Shown: positions 17,743 to 26,900, numbered from the stretch's first letter. The stretch is 64,000 bases of DNA from Candidatus Merdivivens pullistercoris (GCA_017694935.1 JADIME010000044.1:10961-74960), one strand, 5' to 3'. Made by a program: numbers and translations. Notes: a model not told the origin generated them from the sequence alone.

Positions 17743-19422
17743 ATGTTACGAAGATTTTATTCTGTCATTACATCCCTGCTTGCGTTCTGCGTTTTGGAAG
17801 GGTGCCTTGTAAATGACATGTCTTATCCCGACGTGAAGCCGGCCATAACTTCCATAAGATTCGAAGGCCAGGTGGGTGAAGCCGTGATAGACAATGACAA
17901 GCGGACTGTTACCGTGGAGATTTATGAGACGTATGATCTCGGCTCTGTCAGATTGTTGGAGATAGCGTCGAATTATGACTCTGTGATAACTTTCGGCAAA
18001 GGGACCACTTACAATGAAATGAATACCTATATGGATCTGCGTACGCCGGTCGAGGTTCAGGTGAGCGTTTATGAGTCGTTTACGTGGACTATTATAGCCA
18101 ACCAGCGGATAACCCGTCATTTCAAGATACGCAACCAGGCCGGGGAGGAAGATATCAACGAGACGGAAAAAATGGTTGTAGTGAAGGTGGCGGATACCAA
18201 TCCGTTGTCGGAAATAGAAGTACTGGATGCAAAACTGGGTATCGAAGGTTCCGAAATCTCGCCTGATTTCAAGGAAGTACATGATTTTACGGACATTGTT
18301 TATTTCAATGTCGCATATTCGGGGGAAACGGAGCGTTGGGGAGTGCGCGTGCTTCCGTGGGAAGTAAGCCTTGAAATAACTTCCGTAAATGCGTGGGCAT
18401 ACAGTGCCGATGTGACAGGCATGTTGGGCAAAGAACAGGACAACACCGCCGTGCTTGAATTCAGGAAGGCTTCAGATGAGGAGTGGCAGCGCTATGAGGG
18501 TGACCTTGTCATGGACGGCGTAAGGATGTCCGCTGTCATTACAGGCTTGGATGATGATACAGATTATACGGTACGTATTGTTTCGGGCGATGATGTGTCG
18601 GCAGAATTTGATTTCCATACGGAAGCGGCCGTGCAGATACCGAACAGTTCGTATGACGAATGGTTCCTGAGCAGCGGAGGCGCATGGTTCCCGCGTGCCG
18701 ATGAATCTGCCGAGACATGGTGGGATACGGCAAACATGGGGGCTAATACACTCAGTCCGGTGAATCCTACTACGCCTGAGGACAACTTTTTGGCTGTACG
18801 TGGTGAAGGAAAACGAGCGGCACGCCTTGAAACGAAATCCGTGTTGGGCGTAATGGCCGCGGGCAACCTGTACAGCGGACGGTATAAAGGTACGGAAGGA
18901 ATCTCGGCATTGCTCGAATTCGGAGTGCCTTTCGAGTCGCGCCCGGTAGGGCTGAGGGGCTATTATTCATACGAGCCTGCCACTATAAACAAGGTGGATA
19001 CCCCGTACGAGGACCTGATGGGGCGTACCGACATGTGCCAGATATACATCATGCTTACAGCATGGGACAAGCCGTTCGACGTGAACAGTACGAAACGCCA
19101 GTACATAGACATGGACGATCCGGACATCCTTGCATTCCGTGAACTCGTTTCGGATCAGAGTACCAATGGGGAATATGTCGAGTTTTTCATACACCTCGAC
19201 GATGAGGCATGGAGGGACAAATCCCGCAAGGCCACTCACATAGTCGTGATTTCGTGTGCGAGCCGTTATGGCAACTATTTTACCGGAGCGGTAGGCAGCG
19301 TGTTGTACGTGGATGAATTCCAGCTTGTTTACGATGAGTCCACAGTGCCGCGCGACGGTTCCGTGTTGATAGTGGACAAAGACCATGTAAACAGCAATGT
19401 GGATATAGGCGACAGGGAATGA
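17743..19422 (+). CDS. PCMD (putative carbohydrate metabolism domain)-containing lipoprotein
   Basis: Lipobox 'CVLEGC'. The C-terminal region 'YKGTEGISALLEFGVPFESRPVGLRGYYSYEP...MCQIYIMLTAWDKPF' resembles PF13201. Confidence 0.55.
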   Translation: MLRRFYSVITSLLAFCVLEGCLVNDMSYPDVKPAITSIRFEGQVGEAVIDNDKRTVTVEIYETYDLGSVRLLEIASNYDSVITFGKGTTYNEMNTYMDLRTPVEVQVSVYESFTWTIIANQRITRHFKIRNQAGEEDINETEKMVVVKVADTNPLSEIEVLDAKLGIEGSEISPDFKEVHDFTDIVYFNVAYSGETERWGVRVLPWEVSLEITSVNAWAYSADVTGMLGKEQDNTAVLEFRKASDEEWQRYEGDLVMDGVRMSAVITGLDDDTDYTVRIVSGDDVSAEFDFHTEAAVQIPNSSYDEWFLSSGGAWFPRADESAETWWDTANMGANTLSPVNPTTPEDNFLAVRGEGKRAARLETKSVLGVMAAGNLYSGRYKGTEGISALLEFGVPFESRPVGLRGYYSYEPATINKVDTPYEDLMGRTDMCQIYIMLTAWDKPFDVNSTKRQYIDMDDPDILAFRELVSDQSTNGEYVEFFIHLDDEAWRDKSRKATHIVVISCASRYGNYFTGAVGSVLYVDEFQLVYDESTVPRDGSVLIVDKDHVNSNVDIGDRE

Positions 19423-19429
19423 CCGGTAA

Positions 19430-20527
19430 TTATACCAGCCTTTCGATGAACATTGCGGCATAACCGCAGACAAGGGCTATGGCAGTATTGAGGAGCTTCG
19501 TTACCGCGAAGCTCTTTTTGTTTTCAGCAAGTAACGGTATGGACGAATGGCCGTCCTGTGAAATGGAATTGGCCAGCAGTACGGAGAAAGGTATGCTTCC
19601 GCTTGCAAACAGTGTCACGAATATCAGATTCGGGCCGGATTCGGGTATGATGCCTATGAGCGATGCCAGTAATATCATAAGCGGTATGTTGTTGCCTATC
19701 CAGTCGGCTATGTCTATGTGCTGCATGGTCAGATGCACCAGGGCAAGCGCTCCGGCAGTCCACAGGAATATGGGCAGTGCGTGCCGCTTTACTATGTGCA
19801 TTTCGATCTCCACGATTTTCCGGCTTCCGAATATGGATGCGGCAACCAGAGACAACGCCAATATTCCGAACAACGCATTCATCCATGCCTCGTCGAGCAG
19901 GGTCAGTCTTATCCCCTCGTCGTTTCCGTGGCTGTGTCCGATGCCTCCGCTTATCAGGGCGGCTATGAACAGCATGAAGCCGACGGCAAGTCCTGCCCGT
20001 TTCAGGCCGTATCTCCCGGCATGGCCGGCTGCCGTGTCATTATGCGGCGGGTTTCCCTCATTCTTGGTGCCTTCCCGTCTATCAGGGATTTTGTCGCAGG
20101 TCCTTTGATCCCCGTTATATCCGGCAATTCCGGTTCTCCCCGTTTTTCCGATGCCTTCCGGCAATGCCTTGTCTATGGCTGCCCCGCAGATTATCGCTAT
20201 TACTGCCAATACGGCCATGAGCAGCACGGCTTTCCCCGGAAACATCGCCAGCATGACAAAGGCTTCATCTCCCGACGATGCTATCATCATGGCTGTAAGT
20301 GCGCCGATGCTGATCATCCTCCTGCTGTAAAGCGATACGGTGGCAAACCCTCCGATGCATCCGGGTATGCAGCCGAGCAGGGTGGCGAATATGATTTGCC
20401 TCAGCCCGTTACCGCTGAAACGTTCGAAAAATTTTCCTTTTGTTTTTTCATTGACAAGCTCGATCATCGACATCATGCATATCACGATGCCGGTGATCAA
20501 TATGCTATTGGACAGGATGCTTGTCAT
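19430..20527 (-). CDS. Putative metal (manganese-type) transporter, ArsP_2/PF11449-like permease
   Basis: Real start is at 'MTSILSNSILITG..'. 'LLGCIPGCIGGFA' and 'SSGDEAFVMLAMFP' are family-like. A His-rich loop 'GHSHGNDEG' is present. The start ATG overlaps the meaB stop (ATGA at 20524-20527). The longer track ORF (to 20821) would overlap meaB. Confidence 0.6.
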   Translation of the reverse strand: MTSILSNSILITGIVICMMSMIELVNEKTKGKFFERFSGNGLRQIIFATLLGCIPGCIGGFATVSLYSRRMISIGALTAMMIASSGDEAFVMLAMFPGKAVLLMAVLAVIAIICGAAIDKALPEGIGKTGRTGIAGYNGDQRTCDKIPDRREGTKNEGNPPHNDTAAGHAGRYGLKRAGLAVGFMLFIAALISGGIGHSHGNDEGIRLTLLDEAWMNALFGILALSLVAASIFGSRKIVEIEMHIVKRHALPIFLWTAGALALVHLTMQHIDIADWIGNNIPLMILLASLIGIIPESGPNLIFVTLFASGSIPFSVLLANSISQDGHSSIPLLAENKKSFAVTKLLNTAIALVCGYAAMFIERLV

Positions 20528-21639
20528 TCTCCTTTGTACTTGGCGAGCAGTTCGCCGGCCGCGCTGAACGATTCCAGTTTCCCTTCCAGTACCGCTTCTT
20601 CGTAGTACGGAAGCAGCCTGGATATGTTCTCGTCTTCGTAAAACATTTCTTTCAGGCCGTCGTTGATGCTCTCGTACATCCAGAAACGGGCCTGTTCGCG
20701 CCTCTTTTTCAGATAATATCCGTTGCTCTTGACCAGTTCGAAATATTCTTTGATTTTCCTGAGTATGTCTTCCAGTCCGGCCTTTGTCACGGCCGATGAT
20801 GTCAGTGCCGTAGGTTTCCATCCCGACTCGGTCGGAGGGAAGAGGGCGAGGGCGTTACGGTAAAGAGCCATTGCCATGTTGGCCTTGTCCACATTGGTGC
20901 CGTCCGCCTTGGTTATGGCTATGAGGTCGGACATTTCCATTATGCCTCTTTTGATTCCCTGCAGTTCGTCTCCGGCTCCAGAGAGCATCAACAGCAGGAA
21001 GAAATCGCTCATCGAATGCACGGCGGTTTCGGATTGTCCCACTCCGACTGTCTCGATGAATACCACGTCGAATCCTGCGGCCTCGCAAAGCAGGATGGTT
21101 TCCCTCGTTTTCCTTGCTACTCCTCCCAAGGAACCCGCGCTCGGGCTCGGCCTTATGAATGCGTTCGGGTCGTTGCACAGTGTTTCCATCCTTGTCTTGT
21201 CCCCGAGTATGCTGCCTTTCGACCTTTCGCTGCTTGGGTCTATCGCAAGTACCGCCAGTCTGTGTCCCTGCGAAGTTATATAGCTTCCGAATGCTTCGAT
21301 GAATGTGCTTTTCCCTACTCCCGGAACCCCTGTTATGCCTATCCTCATGCTTTCTGTCTTGGATGAGTGTCTCTGGCAGGCCGCGATGATTTCATCCGCG
21401 ACGGCCCTGTGGCTGTGCAGTGAACTTTCAACCAGTGTTATGGCCTGGCTCAGTATGGTCCTGTCTCCTGAGAAAATCCCGTCTATGTAGTATGAAGCAG
21501 GCTGTATTTCGCGTTTTTTCTTTGGAACCCTGTCTAAATACGGGTTTACCGACGGCGGCTGTACTACTCCTCCCTGTATGTCAAGGGCACTGTCGTTATT
21601 GTGATAGTCTCCGAAGAAATCTCCTTGCTGCTGTTTCAT
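20524..21639 (-). CDS. meaB: Methylmalonyl-CoA mutase-associated G3E GTPase MeaB/ArgK
   Basis: The P-loop is 'GITGVPGVGKSTFIEAFG'. 'IETVGVGQSE' and 'ITKADG' complete the typical MeaB motif set. Confidence 0.85.
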   Translation of the reverse strand: MKQQQGDFFGDYHNNDSALDIQGGVVQPPSVNPYLDRVPKKKREIQPASYYIDGIFSGDRTILSQAITLVESSLHSHRAVADEIIAACQRHSSKTESMRIGITGVPGVGKSTFIEAFGSYITSQGHRLAVLAIDPSSERSKGSILGDKTRMETLCNDPNAFIRPSPSAGSLGGVARKTRETILLCEAAGFDVVFIETVGVGQSETAVHSMSDFFLLLMLSGAGDELQGIKRGIMEMSDLIAITKADGTNVDKANMAMALYRNALALFPPTESGWKPTALTSSAVTKAGLEDILRKIKEYFELVKSNGYYLKKRREQARFWMYESINDGLKEMFYEDENISRLLPYYEEAVLEGKLESFSAAGELLAKYKGE

Positions 21640-21648
21640 GTCGTATCG

Positions 21649-22740
21649 TTATTTTATGTATCCTTGTATGAATATGTTTATCATCGGCCTTGTCGGCGAA
21701 TTTGTTGTCAATGTGGTGATTATCAATACTTCTTCCCCCTGTGTCCTGTCCGAGGTGTCGAATGTGAACCTTATTTCGCGGCTTTCGCCCGGGGCTATGT
21801 CCTCAATGTCCGGAAAAACGACGTCGTCCGCGTCGCTTTCTATTTTATGTATCTTCAAGTCGCTGTGCCCCTGGTTTTTCAAGGTAAATGTGCCCTTTAC
21901 TGCCGTCCCTTTTGATACAGGGTCGAATGTGTAACTGCTGTTCCTGAAGATAGGCAGCGGGGCTTTTTTCAACTGTTCTTCGCTCATTTTGCTGAAGTCC
22001 TCTTTCACGAAGCACCTGACCGTGACCGGTTCCTGGTTGCCATACGTCTTCCCGTTTACCCTCGGGACGGCCGTGAATGCGGTCTTTCCCCACATTCCGG
22101 AAGCCGTGTTTGCCTTGAAAGTCATTTTTGCCGTGCTGTTTGCGGGAATGGGGTTGGGCGATACGGATATTTCCAGCCCCGGCGTGACGGATGTGAAATC
22201 CACTTTTACGGGCTGCCCGGAAGTGTTTGCAACGTATGCCTCGTCGCCTTTTGATTTTCCCTGGTCTATGTTTCCGATGGAATATTCGGTTTTCCTCATG
22301 GCGAAACTGCCGTAAGCGACGGTGTAGATTTCGGAAAGGCTTTTTTCCTTGTCTACGCATACCCCTCTTATCCTAAGCAGGATAGGGCGCGTGTAATTGG
22401 ACATGTAAACGGTGATAGTCTTGTCGAAAGGGTAAGGGCCTTCGTCGTTTGTGTACCTTACGCGGATTTCTCCCTTGCCGTTGGGCATTATCGGTTCTTT
22501 TGTATAGTCTATCGTCGCGCATCCGCATGATGTGACGACATTGTAGACGGCCATCGGGGAAGAAGAGATGTTTTCAAACCCGAAACTGCACTCCACGGCT
22601 CCCGAACCCAGTTTCAAAGTCCCGAAATCATGTACGGTCTTCTCGAACCGAACGGCGTCCCCGAAAGTTTCCCCGGTCTGGGCCAATCCGGGTATCGCTG
22701 TCAGTATTGTTATGATTATCAATAAAAAATAGCGTTTCAT
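21649..22740 (-). CDS. DUF1573 (ASH/HYDIN-like) repeat protein, secreted
   Basis: Start at 'MKRYFLLIIITILTAIPGLAQ' (signal peptide). Three repeats of the DUF1573 pattern ('FDFGTLK..G....F.F.N.G..PL.I'-like) are visible. Confidence 0.65.
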   Translation of the reverse strand: MKRYFLLIIITILTAIPGLAQTGETFGDAVRFEKTVHDFGTLKLGSGAVECSFGFENISSSPMAVYNVVTSCGCATIDYTKEPIMPNGKGEIRVRYTNDEGPYPFDKTITVYMSNYTRPILLRIRGVCVDKEKSLSEIYTVAYGSFAMRKTEYSIGNIDQGKSKGDEAYVANTSGQPVKVDFTSVTPGLEISVSPNPIPANSTAKMTFKANTASGMWGKTAFTAVPRVNGKTYGNQEPVTVRCFVKEDFSKMSEEQLKKAPLPIFRNSSYTFDPVSKGTAVKGTFTLKNQGHSDLKIHKIESDADDVVFPDIEDIAPGESREIRFTFDTSDRTQGEEVLIITTLTTNSPTRPMINIFIQGYIK

Positions 22741-22818
22741 GCAATCAAATAATATATTAAAATGAAAATTTCGGGAACAAATATAAGCCATATTCGGCTC
22801 GAATTGAAAAAAATGTGA

Positions 22819-22826
22819 TATATTTG
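22819..22826 (+). promoter_or_regulatory. Candidate -7 box (TAtaTTTG) for the ferredoxin gene
   Basis: TAnnTTTG match 38 nt upstream of the ATG at 22864. Confidence 0.4.
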
Positions 22827-22863
22827 CGGCCAATTATGGCAACTAACTTTTAAAATTTTTATA

Positions 22864-23034
22864 ATGGCTTACAAAATTTCAGAAAACTGTGCTGCTTGCG
22901 GCACATGCATCGATGAATGCCCTGTTGGGGCTATTTCCGCAGGCGATATTTACAAAATCGATCCGGACAAATGCATTGAATGCGGAGCATGTTCGGATGT
23001 CTGCCCTACCGGGGCCATCTCATTGGCAGAATAA
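22864..23034 (+). CDS. 2x[4Fe-4S] ferredoxin (56 aa; below the ORF-track size cut-off)
   Basis: Manual translation gives MAYKISENCAACGTCIDECPVGAISAGDIYKIDPDKCIECGACSDVCPTGAISLAE*, with two CxxCxxCxxxCP motifs. Confidence 0.85.
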   Translation: MAYKISENCAACGTCIDECPVGAISAGDIYKIDPDKCIECGACSDVCPTGAISLAE

Positions 23035-23064
23035 TTACCGGAAGGAAAGATATAGGTTTTATCA

Positions 23065-23105
23065 GAGGGGCTGTGTCAAAATGGCAAATTTTGGCGCAGC
23101 CCCTC
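23065..23105 (+). terminator. Long hairpin downstream of the ferredoxin gene (probable terminator/REP-like hairpin)
   Basis: 'gaggggctgtgtcaaaat ggc aattttggcgcagcccctc'. The two non-Watson-Crick positions are G.U on the + strand. No strong T-run follows. Confidence 0.45.
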
Positions 23106-23324
23106 AGGCGTGTCTGAATGGCATGCCCTCTTTTTTATGTATGCTTCTTGTACTTCATGAGAAGCTGTTTAAAATTTTTTCTCAGAACATTTGAGGCAGG
23201 CTTTCGTGCAGGTTTTTGCCATTTTTTGAGGAGAATAGCAGCGCTATTTTACAATAAAAACGGCGGAAACATGCCGGAATGGTGTCACAAAGAACTTTTG
23301 AAAAAAATTAAACAGCTTCTAAAT

Positions 23325-23556
23325 CAAGGCTTATGTAAAACAGAATTTGCTGGAGCACCCGGACTTAATTCACGGTGTTGTAACTTGGTGATAATGTGTG
23401 GGTTGTAAAATATTGACAATTTTCAGTCGCTCCAACAGCTATGCAAAAACATGCCTGCTGGAGCAAGCCGACTTAACTTATATTGGTGTGACGTGTTGAT
23501 TTACAAGGTTTTGTGTAAATTAGACAATTTGCGGTTGCTCCAGGAATTTTCATAAA
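23325..23556. repeat. Dimer of MITE-like units, each bounded by TGCTGGAGCA / TGCTCCA(g/a)CA inverted repeats
   Basis: Unit 1 spans about 23333-23438 and unit 2 about 23455-23556, joined by a 16-nt loop (23439-23454). Collinear with 37264-37487. Confidence 0.8.
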
Positions 23557-23588
23557 TAGCATCTGCCAGTGCAATGTGGTATTCTTGA

Positions 23589-23636
23589 GGGGGGGAAGTG
23601 AATCGATTTGTCGTGAAATCGTAGCACTTTCCCCCG
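23589..23636. repeat. Conserved 45-nt GC-stem hairpin, copy A1
   Basis: 'gggggaagtg aatcgatttgtcgtgaaatcgtag cactttccccc'. One of five copies in the window. Confidence 0.8.
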
Positions 23637-23697
23637 AGGGAGGAATCGCGCTCTCGGCTCTACGGCCATTCTGTCTGCATCTCTCGCCCGTCCTTCC

Positions 23698-23742
23698 GGG
23701 GAAAGTGAATCAATTTGCCGCGAAATCGTAGCACTTTCCCCC
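23698..23742. repeat. Conserved 45-nt GC-stem hairpin, copy A2
   Basis: 'ggggaaagtg aatcaatttgccgcgaaatcgtag cactttcccc', followed by 'cggtacaag' as in copies B2 and C. Confidence 0.8.
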
Positions 23743-23867
23743 GGTACAAGCCCAGGGCTCCCGTCGTGTCCGTGAGCCCGGGGCCTCCCGGCCCATCCGG
23801 GCGAAACAAGCCCTCTGCCTCGCGAAACAAGCCGTTGCACTTGATCGTTGACTCTGCCCGAAACAAG

Positions 23868-23912
23868 CAATGCAAATTCATTTGCATTGCTCTCGGCTTC
23901 TTAGTATATTTG
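23868..23912 (+). promoter_or_regulatory. Palindrome + consensus promoter cassette driving secA
   Basis: Palindrome caatgcaaat-tc-atttgcattg (23868-23889). -33 TTTG at 23881-23884, a 20-nt spacer 'cattgctctcggcttcttag', and -7 TATATTTG at 23905-23912. The ATG is at 23950. Confidence 0.6.
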
Positions 23913-23949
23913 CAAATTATTTGGATTTTAATTGATATAAAGAGGATAT

Positions 23950-26900
23950 ATGTCTTTTGCTGATATTTTGAAAAAGTTGTTCGGATCAAAGTCCGAACGT
24001 GATTTGAAAGCCGTAAGGCCTATTCTGGACAAGGTGCTGGCGGCATACGAAAGGATAGACAGGCTCACGGTGGACGAGCTGAGGGAGGCAAGTGCCGCGT
24101 TGAAGGAGCGTGTGGCTGCCGCCATAGCCTCCGATGAGGCAAGGATTGCCCAGATAAAGGAAGAGATGGACAAGGATCTCCCTGTCAAGGAAAAGGAAAA
24201 ACTGGCTTCGGAAGCCGATACCTTGGAAAAGAACATAGACGATACCATAGAAAAGGTGTTGAACGAGATTCTTCCCGATGCCTTTGCCATCATGAAATCC
24301 ACTGCACGCCGTTTTGCCGAGAACAGCAAGATAAGGGTGAAGGCGTCCGATTTCGACCGTAAACTGAGTTCGCAGAAAGATTTCGTGTCGATAGACGGAG
24401 ACGAGGCCGTCTGGAAAAACTCATGGATGGCCGGAGGCAATACCATCGTATGGGACATGGTGCATTATGATGTCCAGCTCATCGGCGGTATCGCCCTTCA
24501 TCAGGGAAAGATAGCCGAGATGGCCACCGGTGAGGGAAAAACCCTTGTGGCGACCCTTCCAGTCTTTCTGAATGCATTGGCAGGCAAGGGTGTGCATGTG
24601 GTAACCGTCAATGATTACCTGTCAAAGCGTGACTCTGAATGGATGGGTCCTCTTTATATGTTCCACGGGCTTTCGGTTGATTGCATAGACAAGCACCAGC
24701 CCAATTCGGACACAAGGAAGGCCGCATACAATGCCGACATAACATTCGGTACCAACAATGAATTCGGTTTCGACTACCTGAGGGACAACATGGCCATATC
24801 CACCAAGGATCTTGTGCAGCGCAAGCACCACTATGCGATAGTCGACGAGGTGGACTCTGTGTTGATAGACGATGCCCGTACCCCGTTGATTATTTCCGGA
24901 CCGGTTCCTAAGGGCGACGACCAGCAGTTCGGGGAGTACAAGCCATACGTTGAAAAACTTTACAATGCCCAGAGGCTCCTTGCGATCGGATACCTCAACG
25001 AGGCCAAGAAACTCATAGGCGAAGGCAAGACGGACGAAGGCGCGGTCGCATTGCTCAGGGCGCACAAGGCGCTTCCTAAGATGAACGCCCTGATCAAATT
25101 CCTCAGCGAGCCCGGCATGAAACAACTGCTTCTGAGCGTTGAAGGCCGCTATATGCAGGACAACAACCGCAACATGCACATAATCACCGATCCTCTGTAT
25201 TTCGTGATAGACGAGAAGCAGAAGACGGTGGATCTGACCGACAAGGGCCATGACCTCCTGAGCGAGAGATTCGAAGACAATAAGTTTTTCGTGTTGCCGG
25301 ACGTCGGCGAGGAGATTGCGGAACTTGAAAAGGACGCGTCATTGGACGAGGCGGCAAAGCAGCAGAAAAAAGACGAGATACTTTCGGATTACGCCCTGAA
25401 ATCGGAACGCGTGCATACCGTCCACCAGCTCCTGAAGGCATACGCCATGTTCGAAAAGGACGTTGAATACGTCGTTATGGACAACAAGGTGAAAATCGTG
25501 GACGAGCAGACAGGACGTATCCTCGAGGGCCGCCGTTATTCCGACGGGCTGCACCAGGCAATAGAGGCCAAGGAAAACGTGAAAGTCGAGGCGGCCACGC
25601 AGACATTCGCGACAATTACCCTCCAGAACTATTTCAGGATGTACCACAAGCTGGCCGGAATGACCGGTACCGCGGAGACGGAAGCCGGAGAGTTCTGGTC
25701 GATATACAAGATGGATGTAATGGTCATACCGACTAACAGGCCGGTGATAAGGGTGGACCAGGACGATATTATCTACAAGACCCGCACGGCGAAGTACAAG
25801 GCCGTCATAGACGAAATCGTCAGCCTCACCCAACAGGGCAGGCCGGTTCTTGTAGGTACTGTATCCGTCGAGGTTTCCGAGCTTATAAGCAGGATGCTCC
25901 GCATGAGGGGCATCAAGCACCAGGTATTGAATGCCAAGCAGCATGCACGTGAGGCCGAGGTAGTCGCACATGCCGGAGAGGCGGGCACGGTAACCATCGC
26001 GACAAACATGGCCGGGCGTGGTACCGATATCAAGCTGACCGACGAGGTACGCAAGGCCGGCGGTCTGGCGATAATCGGTACGGAAAGGCATGACAGCCGC
26101 CGTGTGGACAGGCAGTTGAGAGGACGTGCCGGAAGACAGGGAGACCCGGGATCTTCAGTTTTCTATGTTTCCCTTGAAGACAACCTGATGCGTCTGTTCG
26201 GTGCCGAGCGAGTTTCCCGCATCGTGGACAGGCTGGGGCTCAAAGACGATGAGGCACTGCACTCTTCAGCCCTTTCAGGAATGATAGAGCGTGCGCAGAA
26301 GAGGGTGGAGGAGAACAACTTCGGTATCCGTAAACGTCTGCTGGAGTACGATGACGTGATGAACGCCCAGCGTAAGGCCATATACGGGCGCAGGCGCAAT
26401 GCCCTCAACGGTGAGAGGATAGAAATCGATTTGGCCAACATGATTCAGGACATGGCGGACTTCTTCATTGACAAGTATGGCGAATATGACTATGGCTCGT
26501 TCTCATACGAATTGATGAAGGTTCTTTCGATAGAGCCTCCTTTCGATGAGAAGACGTTCGAGGATTCAAAGAAAGAGGAACTGTCCGGAAAATTGGTAGA
26601 GGCCATAACCGAGGCATACGACCGTCGTATGGAAACCATGATGACCCAGACATATCCTGTCATCAAGAACGTTTACGAAACCCAGGGCGCAATATATGAA
26701 AACATAGCCATTCCTATAAGCGACGGCATGAAGGCCTTGACGATAGCCGTAAACCTTAGGAAATCATACGAGACCGGAGGGAAGGAGATAGTACGTTCTT
26801 TGGCCAAGACCATCATGCTTTATCAGATAGACGAGCACTGGAAGCAGCATCTCAGAAACATGGATGACCTGAAACAGTCGGTACAGAACGCCACATACGA

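Noticed and set aside
23325-23556. Invertible-promoter (fimbrial/capsule switch-like) interpretation of segments flanked by the TGCTGGAGCA inverted repeats.
   Set aside because: The ~80-nt cores are co-oriented in all five units. No recombinase gene is nearby and no promoter box lies inside the cores. Only the 16-nt inter-unit loop is flipped, and that is too short for site-specific inversion.
23589-23636. RNase P, 6S or SRP RNA hidden in the long intergenic regions ('GGGGAAAGTG' superficially resembles the RNase P 'GAGGAAAGTCC' box).
   Set aside because: None of the other universally conserved RNase P, SRP or 6S elements are present around it, and the motif recurs five times, which is incompatible with a single-copy housekeeping RNA.
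23589-23742. Possible mini-CRISPR array: direct repeats of a 45-nt hairpin separated by ~62 nt, seen here and at 37566-37715.
   Set aside because: There are only two repeats per locus. The 'spacer' is itself conserved between the two loci, so it is not a spacer. No cas genes or leader are present, and the repeat is longer and more loop-heavy than typical CRISPR repeats.
23550-23870. Minus-strand ORFs of 106 aa (23550-23870) and 130 aa (37452-37844) that share peptide strings such as 'SRQIDSLSPE.R.RDA.RMAVEPRAR'.
   Set aside because: The similarity only reflects the repeated DNA: the hairpin is translated in two frames. Differences between copies are not 3-periodic, the frames differ outside the repeat, the composition is Arg/Pro/Gly-rich as in GC-rich non-coding frames, and no promoter or start context is present.
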